DNA from: Acaryochloris thomasi RCC1774
Lineage (GTDB): Bacteria > Cyanobacteriota > Cyanobacteriia > Thermosynechococcales > Thermosynechococcaceae
Direction: 5' to 3'
Assembly: GCF_003231495.1 (NCBI RefSeq)
Contig: NZ_PQWO01000007.1
Location: 210,001 to 242,000 of the forward strand
Length of the DNA: 32,000 nucleotides
The position numbers were made by a program, and so were the translations under genes. Under the pieces are notes generated by a model. The model saw only the letters and a list, made by a program, of their open reading frames with translations, was not told the origin of the DNA and ran no database searches. How positions within the stretch are numbered: position 1 is the first letter of the stretch; every line of letters begins with the position of its first letter. This document shows positions 1 to 9,201 of the stretch, piece by piece.

Positions 1-238
1 ACATAATCTGCCAGGGTCTTTGAGAACTGAGCAGTGGAGCGTCAGCACGTGATTTTTTCTTTAGCCAAGGAATCATGTCAGATCTGCAGATGGGACAACA
101 GCCACCACGAGACGCTCGAAGTAGGATGAAATTTTATTTATCTGGAAGAAAATATCCCTGGATACCCCTACCCCTAAGTTCCCCTACTTAATCGTTCGTA
201 ACCCAGCTGGCTAGCTCTCTTGAAGCGTTTCTTTAACC

Positions 239-1369
239 TTAAGTTCCCGCCAGGGCCTCTTTTAGACCGTCACGAACGCATTCTTGCTCAATGGTTGTCA
301 ACTCTGGAAACATGGGCAGCGATAGCACCTCATGAGCCACCTGTTCTGAATGGGGAAGCCGTCCGGGCTGATAGCCTAAGGCTGTATAAACAGGCTGTAA
401 ATGTAGGGGGAGAGGGTAATAGACCATTGAGGCAATCTCAAGATTGCTGAGGTATTGACGGATGAGATCGCGTCTCTCCCCTGATTTATTGCAGGTAATG
501 CGAAGGGTGTACTGATTCCAGACCGATGTTGCCTCCGGTGCCACCTTTGGCAAAACGATCCCTGGTATGTGCTGCAGCAACTGATCGTAGCGTTCTGCTG
601 CCGCCTGCCGCTGCTGGTTCCAGCGATTAAGGTATCGCAACTTAACGGACAGAATAGCAGCCTGCAAACTGTCAAGACGGCTGTTGACGCCCACTGTCTC
701 ATAGGTATACCCTCCCCGACGGCCATGATCTCGTAAAAGCCGAATTTGGGCTTCGATTTCAGGATCGTTCGTGGTAACTGCGCCTCCGTCACCGCAGGCA
801 CCCAAGTTCTTGGTGGGGTAAAAACTAAAGCAGCCCACATGACCGATTCCGCCAACGGCTTGGTCTTTCCAGGTGGCTCCAACGGCTTGGGCACAGTCTT
901 CAATAACGTAGAGGTTGTGATCTGTGGCAATGGCCTGTAGGCAGCCCATTGCCGCTGCCTGTCCAAACAAATGGACTGGGATAATGGCCCGCGATCGCGG
1001 AGTGATCGCCGCTTCCAGTTTCTCTGGGTCCAGATTGAAGGTGTTGGGGTCAATATCGATAAAAACCGGCGTTGCTCCGACCCGGCTGATCACCTCGGCT
1101 GTGGCAATGAAGGTGAACGGGCTAGTGATCACCTCATCCCCGGGACCAATCTGGAGGGCACGAAGCGCCAAATAGAGGGCATCAGTTCCTGAGTTGCAGG
1201 CGATGCAGTGATCAGTCCCGACATATTGGGCGAACTGCTGTTCAAAGTCACTGACGGCAGCTCCACCAACGTAGTTTCCTGAAGCGAGTACTGACGCAAC
1301 AGCAGCACTGATTTCAGGCTGAATCGCAGTAAACTGGCGCTCTAGATCAAGGGGTGGAATTTTGGGCAC
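239..1369 (-). CDS. DegT/DnrJ/EryC1/StrS-family PLP-dependent (sugar) aminotransferase
   Basis: 376-aa ORF. The N-terminus 'PLDLERQF...SGNYVGGAAVSDFEQQFAQYVGTDHCIACNSGTDALYLALRAL' and 'FSFYPTKNLGACGDGGAV' (PLP-Lys region) match the family pattern. ORFs 220..450, 376..1053, 746..940, 924..1175 and 971..1192 are shadow frames inside it. Confidence 0.9.
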   Translation of the reverse strand: MPKIPPLDLERQFTAIQPEISAAVASVLASGNYVGGAAVSDFEQQFAQYVGTDHCIACNSGTDALYLALRALQIGPGDEVITSPFTFIATAEVISRVGATPVFIDIDPNTFNLDPEKLEAAITPRSRAIIPVHLFGQAAAMGCLQAIATDHNLYVIEDCAQAVGATWKDQAVGGIGHVGCFSFYPTKNLGACGDGGAVTTNDPEIEAQIRLLRDHGRRGGYTYETVGVNSRLDSLQAAILSVKLRYLNRWNQQRQAAAERYDQLLQHIPGIVLPKVAPEATSVWNQYTLRITCNKSGERRDLIRQYLSNLEIASMVYYPLPLHLQPVYTALGYQPGRLPHSEQVAHEVLSLPMFPELTTIEQECVRDGLKEALAGT

Positions 1370-1555
1370 GAACGAGGATTTCTAGAGATAAAGCCAGCCT
1401 ATCACCTTATCCTGGCTCTCTTGGCACTGGTATGGGCTAACTTTGAAACCGTCACAAAGACTGATTGCAAGGAATAGTCGCCTCCAAAACAGCAAAACTT
1501 TTGACGAAGGTGCATGATACGCACATGTGCCTATCGTCCCTATCCTGTTTTTGCA

Positions 1556-3001
1556 ATGTTGAACGATACCATGATGAACCACCGCACCAAGATTGTGGCG
1601 ACAATTGGTCCCGCGAGTCAGTCGCCTGAGGTGCTGAGAGAGATGGCCTTGGCCGGGATGACGGTGGCGCGACTCAACTTTTCCCACGGGAGCTATGAAG
1701 ACCATGCGCAGACGGTGAAATTGTTGCGATCGCTCTCTCAAGATCTCGATACCCCCATCACCCTATTGCAAGATCTCCAGGGTCCAAAAATTCGGGTCGG
1801 TATTCTAGAACAGCCCGTTGAGCTGATCGAAGGTGAAAAGCTAACGTTGGTCCCTGTTCCTGACTTTCAGCAGCAGCCCCATACCATTCCCATTGACTAT
1901 CCACATCTGGCTGAGGAGGCTCAGCTGGGAGCGCAGGTTCTACTAGATGATGGTCTCTTAGAGCTGAAAATTGAGGCTGTTTCTGAAGCGGCTGTCACCT
2001 GCCAGATTATCGAAGGAGGGTGGCTTAAAAGCCGCAAAGGGATCAACCTACCTAGTCTGGCACTGCGTCTCCCCTCCCTCACCGATAAAGATAGACAGGA
2101 CTTAGAATTTGGCGTTGCCCAAGGTGTTGACTGGGTCTCCCTCAGCTTTGTTCGTCGCCCAGAGGATATCCAGCATCTCAAGCAGGTTCTCAAGGAGCTA
2201 GGCGCTGAGTCGAAGCCTGTGATTGCCAAAATAGAAAAGCCCCAGGCCATTGACCACCTAGAAGCCATCGTGAACGCTTGTGATGGTGTTATGGTGGCGC
2301 GCGGAGACCTTGGGGTGGAGATGCGTCCTGAGAAAGTGCCCAGGCTGCAAAAGCGGATCATTCGGCTCTGTAATCAGCGCGGCATCCCTGTGATTACGGC
2401 AACGCAGATGCTAGAGAGTATGATGCAGAACCCTCGTCCGACGCGGGCAGAGGTCAGTGATGTCGCCAACGCCATTATTGACGGAACCGATGCCGTGATG
2501 CTGTCGGGCGAATCTGCTGTCGGTAAGTTCCCTGCGAAGTCTGTAGAGATGCTGGCTCGAGTCGCAGCAGATGTAGAAGTGGATGCCCAATTCGTTAACT
2601 ATCCGCCGACAGGAACCGACGAAACCCACGCTCTCAGCGAAGCACTAAATATCTTAGACAAGACATTGGACCTGCGCTGTATTGTCGCGGTGACGACAAC
2701 CGGCTATACAGCAATGCTGGCAGCGGCGGAGCGATCAAAAGCCCCTGTCATAGCCCTGACGCCGCAGCTAGAAACCTATCATCGTCTCAATCTAGTGTGG
2801 GGTGTGCAGCCGCTCTACTGGGAGCGACCTATGGAACCCGTCGAAACTTTAATCGATCAGGTGCAAGCCTGTTTACTAGAGCGTCAGTTAGCTGCAGCAG
2901 GAGATACTGTTTTGATCTTGGGCGGCATTCCCTCTCGTGCGCGCGGGACCAATTTCTTGAAGATTCATCGGATGGGTGGCTATGAAAATCGCAGTCTTTA
3001 G
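1556..3001 (+). CDS. pyk: pyruvate kinase
   Basis: The ORF track gives 1514..3001. Motifs present: [47 protein letters not shown]. Family N-termini begin just before 'TKIV', so ATG 1556, 1571 or 1574 is more likely than 1514. The start is uncertain and the stop is firm. Confidence 0.9.
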   Translation: MLNDTMMNHRTKIVATIGPASQSPEVLREMALAGMTVARLNFSHGSYEDHAQTVKLLRSLSQDLDTPITLLQDLQGPKIRVGILEQPVELIEGEKLTLVPVPDFQQQPHTIPIDYPHLAEEAQLGAQVLLDDGLLELKIEAVSEAAVTCQIIEGGWLKSRKGINLPSLALRLPSLTDKDRQDLEFGVAQGVDWVSLSFVRRPEDIQHLKQVLKELGAESKPVIAKIEKPQAIDHLEAIVNACDGVMVARGDLGVEMRPEKVPRLQKRIIRLCNQRGIPVITATQMLESMMQNPRPTRAEVSDVANAIIDGTDAVMLSGESAVGKFPAKSVEMLARVAADVEVDAQFVNYPPTGTDETHALSEALNILDKTLDLRCIVAVTTTGYTAMLAAAERSKAPVIALTPQLETYHRLNLVWGVQPLYWERPMEPVETLIDQVQACLLERQLAAAGDTVLILGGIPSRARGTNFLKIHRMGGYENRSL

Positions 3002-3971
3002 CAGTAAGTCCTACGATCGCAACTTTCTCGAAGCGGCTAACTCTGAACATGAACTTGTTTTCTTTGAACCGCGCCTCACCGCAGCCACAGCTCCCCTTGC
3101 GGATGGGTTTCCAGCAGTTTGCGTGTTTATTAACGATCGGCTCCAGGCTGAGACACTGCGGCAGCTTGCAGACCAGGGTACACGCCTCATTGCCTTGCGT
3201 TCCGCAGGATTTAATAACGTAGATTTGGCGGCTGCAGCAGAGCTAGATCTCACGGTTGTGCGCGTGCCAGCCTACTCTCCCTATGCAGTGGCGGAACATG
3301 CGGTGGGACTGATTTTGATGCTCAACCGGAAGCTGAATCGCGCTTATAACCGAGTGCGGGAAGATAATTTCGCCCTAGAAGGACTGCTGGGTTTTGATCT
3401 GCATGGGGCCACGGTGGGGATTGTGGGTACAGGCAAGATCGGCCTCTGCTTTGCCCAGATCATGAATGGATTTGGCTGTCGCCTGCTAGCCTATGATGTT
3501 TACCAAAATCCTGACTGCTTGAAGCTGGGGATAGAGTATGTGACACTTCCTGAGCTGCTGGCACAGTCTGATGTGGCGTCGCTCCACTGTCCGCTGATGC
3601 CGGAGACCCATCATTTGATTAATACTGAGACGATTGGGCTTCTCAAGCCAGGGATGATGCTGATTAATACGAGTCGCGGCGGTCTGATTGATGCGGCTGC
3701 TGTCATTGGAGGCATTAAATCGGGCCAGATTGGCTATCTAGGCATTGATGTTTATGAACAGGAAGAAGATCTGTTTTTTGAAGATCTGTCGGACACCGTT
3801 ATTCAGGATGACACTTTTCAGCTGCTGCAGTCTTTCCCAAACGTGGTGGTTACAGCACACCAGGCTTTCTTTACGCGGGAGGCGCTACAGAACATCGCTC
3901 AAACAACGATAGGCAACGTCTCTGATTTTGAAGCAGGTCGACCCTGCGCTAATCAGATTGAGCATCGATAA
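2976..3971 (+). CDS. ldhA: D-lactate dehydrogenase (D-isomer-specific 2-hydroxyacid dehydrogenase, LdhA type)
   Basis: It appears colinear with my recollection of E. coli LdhA along its whole length: [12 protein letters not shown]..., [34 protein letters not shown] (NAD fold), NTSRG, DVYEQE, TAHQAF (Arg/Glu/His catalytic positions). ATG 2976 or ATG 2982 (MKIAVF). It overlaps the pyk 3' end by 20-26 nt. Confidence 0.9.
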   Translation: MAMKIAVFSSKSYDRNFLEAANSEHELVFFEPRLTAATAPLADGFPAVCVFINDRLQAETLRQLADQGTRLIALRSAGFNNVDLAAAAELDLTVVRVPAYSPYAVAEHAVGLILMLNRKLNRAYNRVREDNFALEGLLGFDLHGATVGIVGTGKIGLCFAQIMNGFGCRLLAYDVYQNPDCLKLGIEYVTLPELLAQSDVASLHCPLMPETHHLINTETIGLLKPGMMLINTSRGGLIDAAAVIGGIKSGQIGYLGIDVYEQEEDLFFEDLSDTVIQDDTFQLLQSFPNVVVTAHQAFFTREALQNIAQTTIGNVSDFEAGRPCANQIEHR

Positions 3972-4069
3972 AAGTACAGCCGTTGCCAGCTGAGTTAGGG
4001 CAGCACTCCTCTACCGGGCACAGCTTCCGGGCATTTTGATGCCTTAGTCAATATGTCAAAGATTGTAAA

Positions 4070-4143
4070 TCGGGATGGCAGGATTTGAACCTACGACATC
4101 CTGCTCCCAAAGCAGGCGCGCTACCAAGCTGCGCTACATCCCG
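4070..4143 (-). tRNA. trnP: tRNA-Pro (anticodon UGG)
   Basis: The reverse complement reads CGGGATGTAGCGCAGCTTGGTAGCGCGCCTGCTTTGGGAGCAGGATGTCGTAGGTTCAAATCCTGCCATCCCGA. The acceptor stem is CGGGATG/CATCCCG, the anticodon loop is TT-TGG-GA on stem CCTGC/GCAGG, and the T-arm is GGTTCAAATCC. CCA is not encoded. Confidence 0.92.
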
Positions 4144-4318
4144 TAACCTGAATATCCTATCACAAGGTTATGGATAAGAAACTGTTTGTGGTCTGGATTG
4201 GTTCGTGACTTTTCGCAAATCGACGACACCTCAAAGTGAGTACGGTGTTTCATGGCCTATCCCACTCCGATCAGTGATTTGAGCTGTCTAATTAATCGCA
4301 GTGGTGAGTCGTTTCGTT

Positions 4319-4843
4319 CTAGGAAGTTTTTCCGTATTGAAAATTCGTGAGACTGAAGATCGCATCTTTTACCTTTGGGCTTCCTTCGCCGTATAAATCG
4401 ACCCAATCATAAAAGGTGAGTTCCGGTTCAAGATGGGCTTGAGGATTTTGAGCACCCTCCAGCATGATGGTGGCAATAGCCTCATAGGCTTCTTGCCAAG
4501 CATCCATCGTTGCTGGCGTCCAGTCAGAACCAAGATAGGCTGCAAAGGTCTCAAAGAGAGCTTGACCAACCAGGGGATAGTGTTCTTCTAAGGTCCCTAC
4601 TTCAAAGTGCCTGGCGCCTAGACTTTTGAGTGCAGGTTCGAGTACCTCAGGACTTCTTAGGTTCTCAATGATTGCCGCGAGGGAGAAAATGAGCTTTTTC
4701 CCTTGGGCCTGCTGGCTAATATTGGCAAACAGTGGTTTTATGCCAGGATTGTGGCGAAAGAGCGTTTCATAGAAGTGGTTGGAAAAAGCGATCGCTTGAG
4801 GCCTGATCTGTTCAAACGATCTTTCGAGAAGCTCGATGTTCAT
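4319..4843 (-). CDS. single-domain globin (globin-coupled-sensor-related / bacterial globin family)
   Basis: 'MNIELLERSFEQIRPQAIAFSNHFYETLFRHNPGIKPLF' has a B10-like Tyr, and 'LKSLGARHFEVG' has a proximal-His-like LGxxH. The ORF track extends to 4894, but the globin fold begins at ATG 4843. A roughly 40-aa C-terminal tail lies outside the fold. Confidence 0.8.
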   Translation of the reverse strand: MNIELLERSFEQIRPQAIAFSNHFYETLFRHNPGIKPLFANISQQAQGKKLIFSLAAIIENLRSPEVLEPALKSLGARHFEVGTLEEHYPLVGQALFETFAAYLGSDWTPATMDAWQEAYEAIATIMLEGAQNPQAHLEPELTFYDWVDLYGEGSPKVKDAIFSLTNFQYGKTS

Positions 4844-5052
4844 AGGCGAATTACGGTAGGTTCGAAGCGAAAGAGGTACACAAGCAAGCAGCATCTAAGC
4901 TTTACTCTCTCTGACGCTGACCGAACTACGATATAGACAAAACGTGCTGGAGTAATGTCAATCTCGATACAAAGACCATCATGCTCCTTCAAGCGACTAT
5001 TCCTGATTAAATGACCTTTAATGGATAGTCTTGAGAATCCTTGAACATTTTG

Positions 5053-5361
5053 CTATAGGTAGATCCCATCTTCCTCATCGGTTCTTAATGGAGGAGCATC
5101 GCCAAATTCAATTCGTTTGCTGGGCATTGGCAATTGCTCATCGGTGTTGGTTCCCGTGGGAGGGTCGCCAATCTCATTGTTTTTGCCTTTGACGGGGGGG
5201 AGCTTATCGACTAGCCCCATCGTGAAAGCTGTATCCGGGAGCTGCCCTGAAATATACTTCCCAGGCTGGAAGACGCGACCCGGCGTGAAGCAAATCTGCT
5301 TTAGCTCCACGACTTCGTCGGGTAAAAAGTTATCCCGAGACATTTTCCGTTCTAGGGGCAT
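5053..5361 (-). CDS. hypothetical protein (102 aa)
   Basis: An ORF with an AAGGAAAG Shine-Dalgarno-like motif 6-7 nt before ATG 5361. It lies on the same strand 54 nt downstream of the DUF1361-like gene. I recognise no motif in it. Confidence 0.5.
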   Translation of the reverse strand: MPLERKMSRDNFLPDEVVELKQICFTPGRVFQPGKYISGQLPDTAFTMGLVDKLPPVKGKNNEIGDPPTGTNTDEQLPMPSKRIEFGDAPPLRTDEEDGIYL

Positions 5362-5415
5362 GATGACTTTCCTTAGAAGCGTTCTGGTCCTATTTTGGCA
5401 TGATGGCTGTTACAT

Positions 5416-6066
5416 CTATTGGAAAGGAGGAGAATCGAGTTGCTCTTGCTGACGTCCGTAGCGGATCTGCAGGGCCAGTCCAAGGACGATTTGCTTCATC
5501 AGCCAGTAGAAAAGGGTGAGCACGATAAAGGTAATGACGATCACGAGGGCTGGAAATTTGGAGGTGATGTCGTTGAAGGTCATCAGCAATAGGTTGCCTG
5601 GGTCTGTGATTAAGTCCCAGCTATTGAAGCGGAGAAATCGGCCCATGTAGACGCCAAGAGCTGATAGGGCATGAACCATTAATTCTGCAATGAGGACAAA
5701 CTGTTTGGCTCCCTGACGCCTGAGGTAATGGCCCTGATTAATCAGCGAGATGACGTAGGCTCCAAAGCCAGCCAGAATGGCAAATAGGTGGAGCGGTATG
5801 AAGACGAGCGTGATGATCCAGATGGAGTTAATAGCGCGCGTGGCTCTAATCAGGTGAATGATGTCGGTTAGCAGATAGGGTGCATTGGGCAAGAAGGCAA
5901 TAAAGACGATTAGCGCCAGCCACCAGAGGGGTGATCGCACACTCTTCCGACGCCGAAACAGCCAAAAGCTCAGCGCTAAAGGAATAAAGGCTAGGAATAA
6001 ATTCCAGATAATCCAGCCACTGTAGCGATTGAAAAGTCCTAGGGCGTTGCCGAGTAGCTGTTCCAT
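5416..6066 (-). CDS. integral membrane protein, DUF1361-like
   Basis: 216 aa with about 5-6 hydrophobic helices. 'NLFLAFIPL', 'NAPYLLTDIIHL' and 'RFNSWD' resemble the DUF1361 family pattern as I remember it. Confidence 0.7.
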   Translation of the reverse strand: MEQLLGNALGLFNRYSGWIIWNLFLAFIPLALSFWLFRRRKSVRSPLWWLALIVFIAFLPNAPYLLTDIIHLIRATRAINSIWIITLVFIPLHLFAILAGFGAYVISLINQGHYLRRQGAKQFVLIAELMVHALSALGVYMGRFLRFNSWDLITDPGNLLLMTFNDITSKFPALVIVITFIVLTLFYWLMKQIVLGLALQIRYGRQQEQLDSPPFQ

Positions 6067-6212
6067 CTGCGTTGTGCTCGATTCGTAAATTTACTTTGTG
6101 CCCCCAGATACTGGGATGCTTGATTGCACATTCTTGTTCCAGTCTCTGTCTTTTTATCTGCTGAGATCGCACAATTTGCGATAATTAACTGAGTTTTGTT
6201 GGAGCTGTACCC

Positions 6213-7121
6213 ATGACTGCTGCCCCTGGAATGGCCTCTCGGATTGTCAACGGGCTACTCGCGATTGATCCAGTGGCTAAGTTTGCCAAGCACAATGCTC
6301 GTAACATGATGATTAAGCGGGCAGAGTCGATTGGAGTGCATTGGCTGAAGGAATCAGCGGCTCTGCAGGCCCGAGGCTCTGAGGTCTGGGAGGCAGAGCG
6401 TCAGGCACTCTCGCAAGATATTGAGTATCCAGACTATTATTTAACCTCGTTTCACGCCTATGAGTCGGGCAATTTGAGTTGGGATGCGGCAACGGAGGTG
6501 GAGTCTGCGGCGCGTGCTGTTCATGCCAAAATCTGGCCTGAGCTGGAGGCTAAGGGAGATGCTCATCTGCGACAGACCTATCATGATTTGCTTCGGCAAA
6601 ATATTGAGACTGACCCACAAGCTATTTTAGATGTGGGTTGTGGGGCTGGGATGAGTACGATCTCACTACAGGCAATTTACCCTGACGCTCAGATGACGGG
6701 CCTAGATTTGTCGGATTATTTTCTTGCGATCGCAAACCACCGCACTCCCCAGCAGAACATTCAGTGGCTCCACCGCCCAGCGGAAGAAACCCAGCTTCCC
6801 GACCAAAGTTTTGATCTTGTGTCTATCTGCCTAGTTGTCCACGAACTCCCGCAGGAGGCTACCCGCAAGATTCTGCAAGAAGCCCGTCGTCTCCTTCGCC
6901 CTCAGGGACACTTGGCGATCATGGACATGAACCCGCAAGCTGAATTTGTGCAGCGGTTACCGCCCTACGTACTGACGCTTCTCAAAAGTACCGAACCCTA
7001 TCTGGATGACTACTTCAGTCTAGATATCGAACAGGCCGTCCAAGAATCAGGATTTATGCTCCCCAAGGTCTTTGTCAATAGTCCTCGCCATCGTACTCTG
7101 ATTGCTCAGATTCAAGGTTGA
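6213..7121 (+). CDS. class I SAM-dependent methyltransferase
   Basis: SAM motif I 'ILDVGCGAGMST', post-I 'GLDLS', motif II/III 'FDLVSICLVVHELP' and 'LRPQGHLAIMD'. The substrate cannot be determined from sequence. Confidence 0.85.
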   Translation: MTAAPGMASRIVNGLLAIDPVAKFAKHNARNMMIKRAESIGVHWLKESAALQARGSEVWEAERQALSQDIEYPDYYLTSFHAYESGNLSWDAATEVESAARAVHAKIWPELEAKGDAHLRQTYHDLLRQNIETDPQAILDVGCGAGMSTISLQAIYPDAQMTGLDLSDYFLAIANHRTPQQNIQWLHRPAEETQLPDQSFDLVSICLVVHELPQEATRKILQEARRLLRPQGHLAIMDMNPQAEFVQRLPPYVLTLLKSTEPYLDDYFSLDIEQAVQESGFMLPKVFVNSPRHRTLIAQIQG

Positions 7122-7136
7122 TAGGCTTTGCAGGAG

Positions 7137-8774
7137 CTACTGCTCCTGCCGCAGTCGTTGAGAATAGAAAGAGGCGGACTCGTTACCTGTGCCGCACTCT
7201 TGAGCAAAGGTGATCAGGTGGTGACTGACGATGCCGATGTGAATCAGACTTTGGATACGACCGGCTTTCAGCGCCGGCCACGCCATTTTCCAGAAGGTGC
7301 GACGGTAAGAGCCGAACAATCCGATCTTGAATAGCAGTTTGCCGAGGGTCCGAAAGCCACGCTTGATATTGAACAAAGAGAGGCGAGCCTTGCTGTTGGG
7401 CACCTCAATTCGATTTAAGAAGGTGGTGCGGTAGTGGTGGTCGAAGCGTTCGTATAAAAACTCCGGCTCATAGGCTTGGGTGATGCAGCGCCGCCACATG
7501 CCCACCACCTGCTCGTAGGGCATCAAAAAATCGACGTTGGATTCGCGGGTCTCGTCGTTGTGAATCAGCCGTCCTTCTGCCTCCAATCGCCGCCAGAGCT
7601 GCGTGCGGGGCAACGCATGCAGTAAATTGATGGTCAGGGTGGGGATTTTGGACTGGCGGATGAAAGTGAGGATGCGATCGCAAGTCTCCTCCGTGTCTGT
7701 ATCAAAGCCGATAATGATTCCCGACACTACTTCCATCCCATAGCCGTTGAGCGTCTCAATTGCCTTGAGGATCGGCATACTCAGATTCTGATCTTTTGAG
7801 ATCGAATGCAGCGCCTCAGGATCCGGCGTCTCAATGCCGCAGAATACCGTACAAAAATAAGCCTCACGCATCATTTCTAATAGCTTGGGGCTTTGGGCAA
7901 TATTTAGCGTCGCCTCACAGGCAAACTGCACCGGATAGCCGTTCTGCTTTTGCCAGTCGACTAAGTAGGGCAACAGCTCCATAACGGCGCGGCGGTTGCC
8001 AATAAAATTATCATCGACAAAGTAAACCGCCCCCGGATTGCCCGATTCCAGCATTGCGTCTAGCTCCCGCACAATCTGCTCTGGCACTTTAAGGCGCGGG
8101 TTGTGACCGTAAAGCTCTGGGATATCGCAAAACTCGCAATGGAAGGGACAACCGCTAGAGAACTGAACGCTACCAAGAAAATATTGCTTGAGCTGAACCT
8201 GTTCGTAGGCCGGAACCGGAAACTGATCGAGGGGCAATCGCTCCTGAGTCTCAAAGCAAAGCTGCTGGTCAGGACGCTCGGTGTGCCGATCTAAATGCTT
8301 AATCAGTGCATCATCAGCATCCCCCAGCTCGCCCACCCGGAGGATATCGAAGTCTGGATAGTATTCAGGACAGCCGGAGACCGAAGGGCCGCCCACCACC
8401 GTGATTTTGTTGTATCGATGTGCGATCTCATTTATTTCATTAATCTGGGGCCGCTGAATATGCATCCCGCTGGTGATCACCACATCAGCCCATAGATAAT
8501 CCGACTCTGTTGCCGCTTGAACATTTTCATCAACCAGCCGTACCTCCCAGCTTTTGGGTAAGTAAGCCGCCACCAGCAAAATTCCTTGAGGCGGCATAAA
8601 AGCCTTCACATTGCCCATGAGGGGATAGGCATGGTGAAACGTCCCGAAAGAGCGGCTATAGCGCGGAAACACACAGAGAATGCGGCGTTGATTTGCCGGG
8701 AAATAGGATATTCTTTCCTGGTGGGACTCAAAGGGAGCCTGTGGCGCCAAGGTTCCGGTCATAAGATCCTGCAC
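7137..8774 (-). CDS. B12-binding-domain radical SAM protein (DUF4070-type C-terminus)
   Basis: The N-terminal cobalamin-binding-like region is 'RILCVFPRYSRSFGTFHHAYPLMG..KAFMPPQGILLVAAYLP'. The radical SAM cluster motif is 'GCPFHCEFCDIP' (CxxxCxxC). The long C-terminal region is typical of DUF4070-containing members. Confidence 0.88.
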   Translation of the reverse strand: MQDLMTGTLAPQAPFESHQERISYFPANQRRILCVFPRYSRSFGTFHHAYPLMGNVKAFMPPQGILLVAAYLPKSWEVRLVDENVQAATESDYLWADVVITSGMHIQRPQINEINEIAHRYNKITVVGGPSVSGCPEYYPDFDILRVGELGDADDALIKHLDRHTERPDQQLCFETQERLPLDQFPVPAYEQVQLKQYFLGSVQFSSGCPFHCEFCDIPELYGHNPRLKVPEQIVRELDAMLESGNPGAVYFVDDNFIGNRRAVMELLPYLVDWQKQNGYPVQFACEATLNIAQSPKLLEMMREAYFCTVFCGIETPDPEALHSISKDQNLSMPILKAIETLNGYGMEVVSGIIIGFDTDTEETCDRILTFIRQSKIPTLTINLLHALPRTQLWRRLEAEGRLIHNDETRESNVDFLMPYEQVVGMWRRCITQAYEPEFLYERFDHHYRTTFLNRIEVPNSKARLSLFNIKRGFRTLGKLLFKIGLFGSYRRTFWKMAWPALKAGRIQSLIHIGIVSHHLITFAQECGTGNESASFYSQRLRQEQ

Positions 8775-9114
8775 TCCTCAACATTGCGATCAAAAAATTA
8801 CGCCCGCTCTTGCAAGCTCAGAGGTTAAAGGTATTGACGAGTATATCGTTCGTAAATGAGAGAGCTGGCCTTACAGAAAAGCTCCCTTGTTTGTTAAGAC
8901 CCGTGAATCGCTGATCCGTTCCAGAAAGACCGAGCTAGATCGAGCTGGAGGTCAATGAAGTCACAAGTAACACCGCGTACATGACCCTCGCACAGGGCCA
9001 AAAATCAATGCCTCAGTAAGCCCGCAGAGGCGCGACAAATCTCTAAAAGATTGTGTTTACTGAAAATTAACGCTAGGTTGGCATCTATAGGTGCAAGAAC
9101 AGCAGGGTTCCGCC

Positions 9115-9163
9115 ATTGTTTCAGCTCTATCTGCTAGATAGTAAACCGCCTGATTGTTTCAGC
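9115..9163. repeat. 11-bp direct repeat ATTGTTTCAGC x2 flanking a small inverted repeat (CTATC-tgcta-GATAG)
   Basis: The copies are at 9115-9125 and 9153-9163, each preceded by CGCC. They lie 40-90 nt upstream of the J-domain gene start. Confidence 0.3.
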
Positions 9164-9201
9164 CCTGACACCTTCTGCTGGCGTTCCTGTGATTGTTGAG
9201 T

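Noticed and set aside
1-76. Minus-strand ATG at 74-76 opening a frame (MIPWLKKKSRADAPLL...) that leaves the window
   Set aside because: Only 25 codons are visible, with no motif. It cannot be supported.
220-1192. ORFs 220..450(+), 376..1053(-), 746..940(+), 924..1175(+) and 971..1192(+)
   Set aside because: All lie inside or antisense to the well-supported DegT-family gene. Their translations are low-complexity and Arg/Pro/Gly-rich, as expected of shadow frames in GC-rich coding DNA.
1382-1741. 119-aa minus-strand ORF overlapping the pyk 5' region
   Set aside because: It is antisense to conserved pyruvate-kinase codons and has no recognisable motif. It is probably spurious.
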